Of a DNA stretch of 64,000 nt, positions 62,395-64,000 are shown piece by piece. The stretch is from Candidatus Saccharimonadales bacterium. GTDB lineage: Bacteria > Patescibacteriota > Saccharimonadia > Saccharimonadales > JBGSXW01. Location of the stretch: the NCBI GenBank assembly GCA_041751215.1, contig JBGSXW010000005.1:131664-195663 (forward strand), in the 5' to 3' direction. Below the pieces are notes generated by a model. It had not been told where the DNA came from. It saw only the letters and a list, made by a program, of their open reading frames with translations, and ran no database searches. The number at the start of each line of letters is the position of its first letter. Position 1 is the first letter of the stretch. The translations under genes were made by a program, and so were the position numbers.

Positions 62395-63507
62395 CTAAAC
62401 CTCTCCAAAAGCGCTGATTATCTTTTTAACTTGTTGCAAGTAGGGTTTCATTCGAGAGACTACAAAGTATTCGTCTGGTGCATGCATTCTGTCTCTCTGC
62501 CCCGGGCCAAAAATTACCGCTGGTATCCCGCGCTGACTAAAAAAGCACTGGTCGGCCGAGCCGTTCATCGTTTGCTGTCTGATTTGAGGCCATTCCTTAC
62601 TGAATAAAGATCTAAGAATAGAGTTTTCTGAACACCATCCAGCCGGTGAAGTTCCTATAAAATTGAAAAAAGAGTCATAGGGGAGCGAAGTTGTAAACTC
62701 ACGCATTAAAGAGTTGATTTTCTCGTGCAGTAAGGGAGTGGTTCTGATATCTATGGTTATGGTCGCTGTGCCCGGAATTTTGTTTGGCGCATCTATGCTA
62801 CCAGAGTGCATCGAAGTCAGGCCGAATGTTGGCACCCCAAGATAGTCGTGCTTGTACTCCTTTTGCCATTTTTTTTCTAGGCGCTGGAGTCTGGCAACAA
62901 CGTCAGTCATTTCAACAATTGCCTGATTCTTTATCTTGTTTGCAGCAGAAGAGTGTCCAGATTGACCCATGACCGTTAGTTCCACAAATGCATTGCCACG
63001 ATGTCCGATGCCAATAAACTCACTGTTTGTCGGTTCGGCTACGATGGCCTCGATTTCCTCGTAATCTTCGTGATGGTGCTCGTTGTAGAACCAGCTCAAA
63101 AATGATTGCGTGCCACGTCCATCAACTTCTTCTCCAACTACAAAACAAAACCATAAATCACATGGTGGTTGCTTGTCGGAGTAATCAATTGCTGTTTGCA
63201 TCAGGGCAGCAACTCCCGATTTCATGTCACTAACACCAAGCCCGTATAGTTTTCCGTCTTTGACCTTGGGCATAAGCGGACTAAATTTCCACGAATCTGC
63301 ATCGCCGGGGCCTACGGTATCTACATGCCCGTTTAGTATTAGGGCTTTCTTGCGATTTTTACCCTTTATAAATACGACTGCGTTTTCATCTTGTTTGTTG
63401 GCCTTGAGACCGTGCTGGTTTAATTCTTCGATAATAAAAGCAATAATCTGCGACTCGGATCCAGTTGGCGACGATATAGAAACTAGTTGTTCTAGGAGCT
63501 TAGTCAT
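62395..63507 (-). CDS. M20-family metallopeptidase/deacylase (ArgE/DapE-like), copy 2
   Basis: LNGHVDTVGPG, GVSDMKSG, VGEEVDGRG. Alignable end to end with 60762-61859. Confidence 0.7.
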   Translation of the reverse strand: MTKLLEQLVSISSPTGSESQIIAFIIEELNQHGLKANKQDENAVVFIKGKNRKKALILNGHVDTVGPGDADSWKFSPLMPKVKDGKLYGLGVSDMKSGVAALMQTAIDYSDKQPPCDLWFCFVVGEEVDGRGTQSFLSWFYNEHHHEDYEEIEAIVAEPTNSEFIGIGHRGNAFVELTVMGQSGHSSAANKIKNQAIVEMTDVVARLQRLEKKWQKEYKHDYLGVPTFGLTSMHSGSIDAPNKIPGTATITIDIRTTPLLHEKINSLMREFTTSLPYDSFFNFIGTSPAGWCSENSILRSLFSKEWPQIRQQTMNGSADQCFFSQRGIPAVIFGPGQRDRMHAPDEYFVVSRMKPYLQQVKKIISAFGEV

Positions 63508-63516
63508 ATGAACTCC

Positions 63517-63999
63517 TTAACGTCGACGCAATGCTAATGGTGTGTCGCAGCAGATTTTGCCGATATCTAACTCTGTCTTCGAGGGGCAAGCAGCACAAAG
63601 ATCCAAAGCGCCTGCTGGGACTTCTTCAAAACCAACTTCTTCAAAGCCGACTCTTTTGTTGACTGCATGGCTGTTCTCATTAACGAAGGTGATAATTTTT
63701 TCATCTGGATATACTTCGTTTAGTCGGCGCACAATCTCTTCTTTTATTGCCAGGGCGATTCCGCGCTTTCTAAGTTCTGGATTTACAATTAAACCACCAA
63801 CTTCTAGAGTTCCGTCTTCGTATTTGTGAACCACAGCGTTATATCCGGCAAAGACTCGTTCGTCTTCTGGGTCTTCACCTTCTCTTAAAAATGCAACTAA
63901 TCCCATGGGGTGGGCGCTCATTTCTTCTGGTCCGAGTGGAAGCATTCGCGGGTGTTCCGCTGCCTGCCATGCTTGGGCCAATTGAGCAGCCGCCTCATG
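63517..63999 (-). CDS. GNAT N-acetyltransferase with Cys-rich C-terminus, copy 2 (5' end may lie beyond the window)
   Basis: LRKRGIALAIK and C-terminal CAAC...CCD. The frame stays open to the window edge; candidate starts are the TTG at 63981 and the ATG at 63945. Confidence 0.6.
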   Translation of the reverse strand, partial: HEAAAQLAQAWQAAEHPRMLPLGPEEMSAHPMGLVAFLREGEDPEDERVFAGYNAVVHKYEDGTLEVGGLIVNPELRKRGIALAIKEEIVRRLNEVYPDEKIITFVNENSHAVNKRVGFEEVGFEEVPAGALDLCAACPSKTELDIGKICCDTPLALRRR

Positions 64000-64000
64000 G

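Noticed and set aside
1-64000. Searched by eye for CRISPR arrays, rRNA/tRNA genes, IS elements/transposases and long direct DNA repeats
   Set aside because: No regularly spaced direct repeats, no rRNA- or tRNA-like sequence in any intergenic gap (all but one are under 170 nt), and no transposase or integrase-like ORF were found. The absence is limited by manual inspection.

Overview
Gene-dense bacterial chromosome segment, roughly 45-50% GC by eye, with many 4-nt ATGA/GTGA start-stop overlaps. All product calls come from reading motifs in the supplied translations; no database or HMM search was possible. Layout: (1) The chromosomal replication-origin region at 2-8.4 kb: recF-dnaN-dnaA on the minus strand, DnaA-box clusters on both sides of dnaA, then rpmH, an inverted rnpA, yidC and jag. 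(2) A ~27 kb cell-surface glycan locus (8982-35695). It holds five GT4 glycosyltransferases, a Wzm/Wzt-type ABC exporter, a kinase-like protein, two FkbM methyltransferases and two pyruvyl transferases. It also holds ManB/ManC, a WbaP-like initiating transferase and an O-antigen-ligase-like protein. Embedded in it is a complete sulfation module: a fused ATP sulfurylase/APS kinase, the PAP phosphatase CysQ, and three paralogous sulfotransferase-like genes. (3) Envelope genes: SLC13 permease, VanY, an Amidase_2 autolysin, a pilin-like protein and tatC/tatA. (4) An orphan phage-tail-fibre-like locus (44564-50279): an 889-aa fibre-like protein with an SGNH esterase core plus two ~500-aa paralogs, one split by a frameshift in a C5 tract. 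(5) An LTD-domain protein, an acidic anchored protein, an RND permease, a nucleotide-sanitation/salvage islet, argS, and a tandemly duplicated GNAT + M20 two-gene module. Gene content suggests a small-genome monoderm, possibly Patescibacteria/CPR (Saccharibacteria-like); this is inference only. No rRNA, tRNA, CRISPR array, transposase or integrase was seen. The best candidate for something new is the predicted sulfated, and probably methylated/pyruvylated, surface polysaccharide pathway. Second is the domesticated or remnant tail-fibre locus next to the Tat genes.
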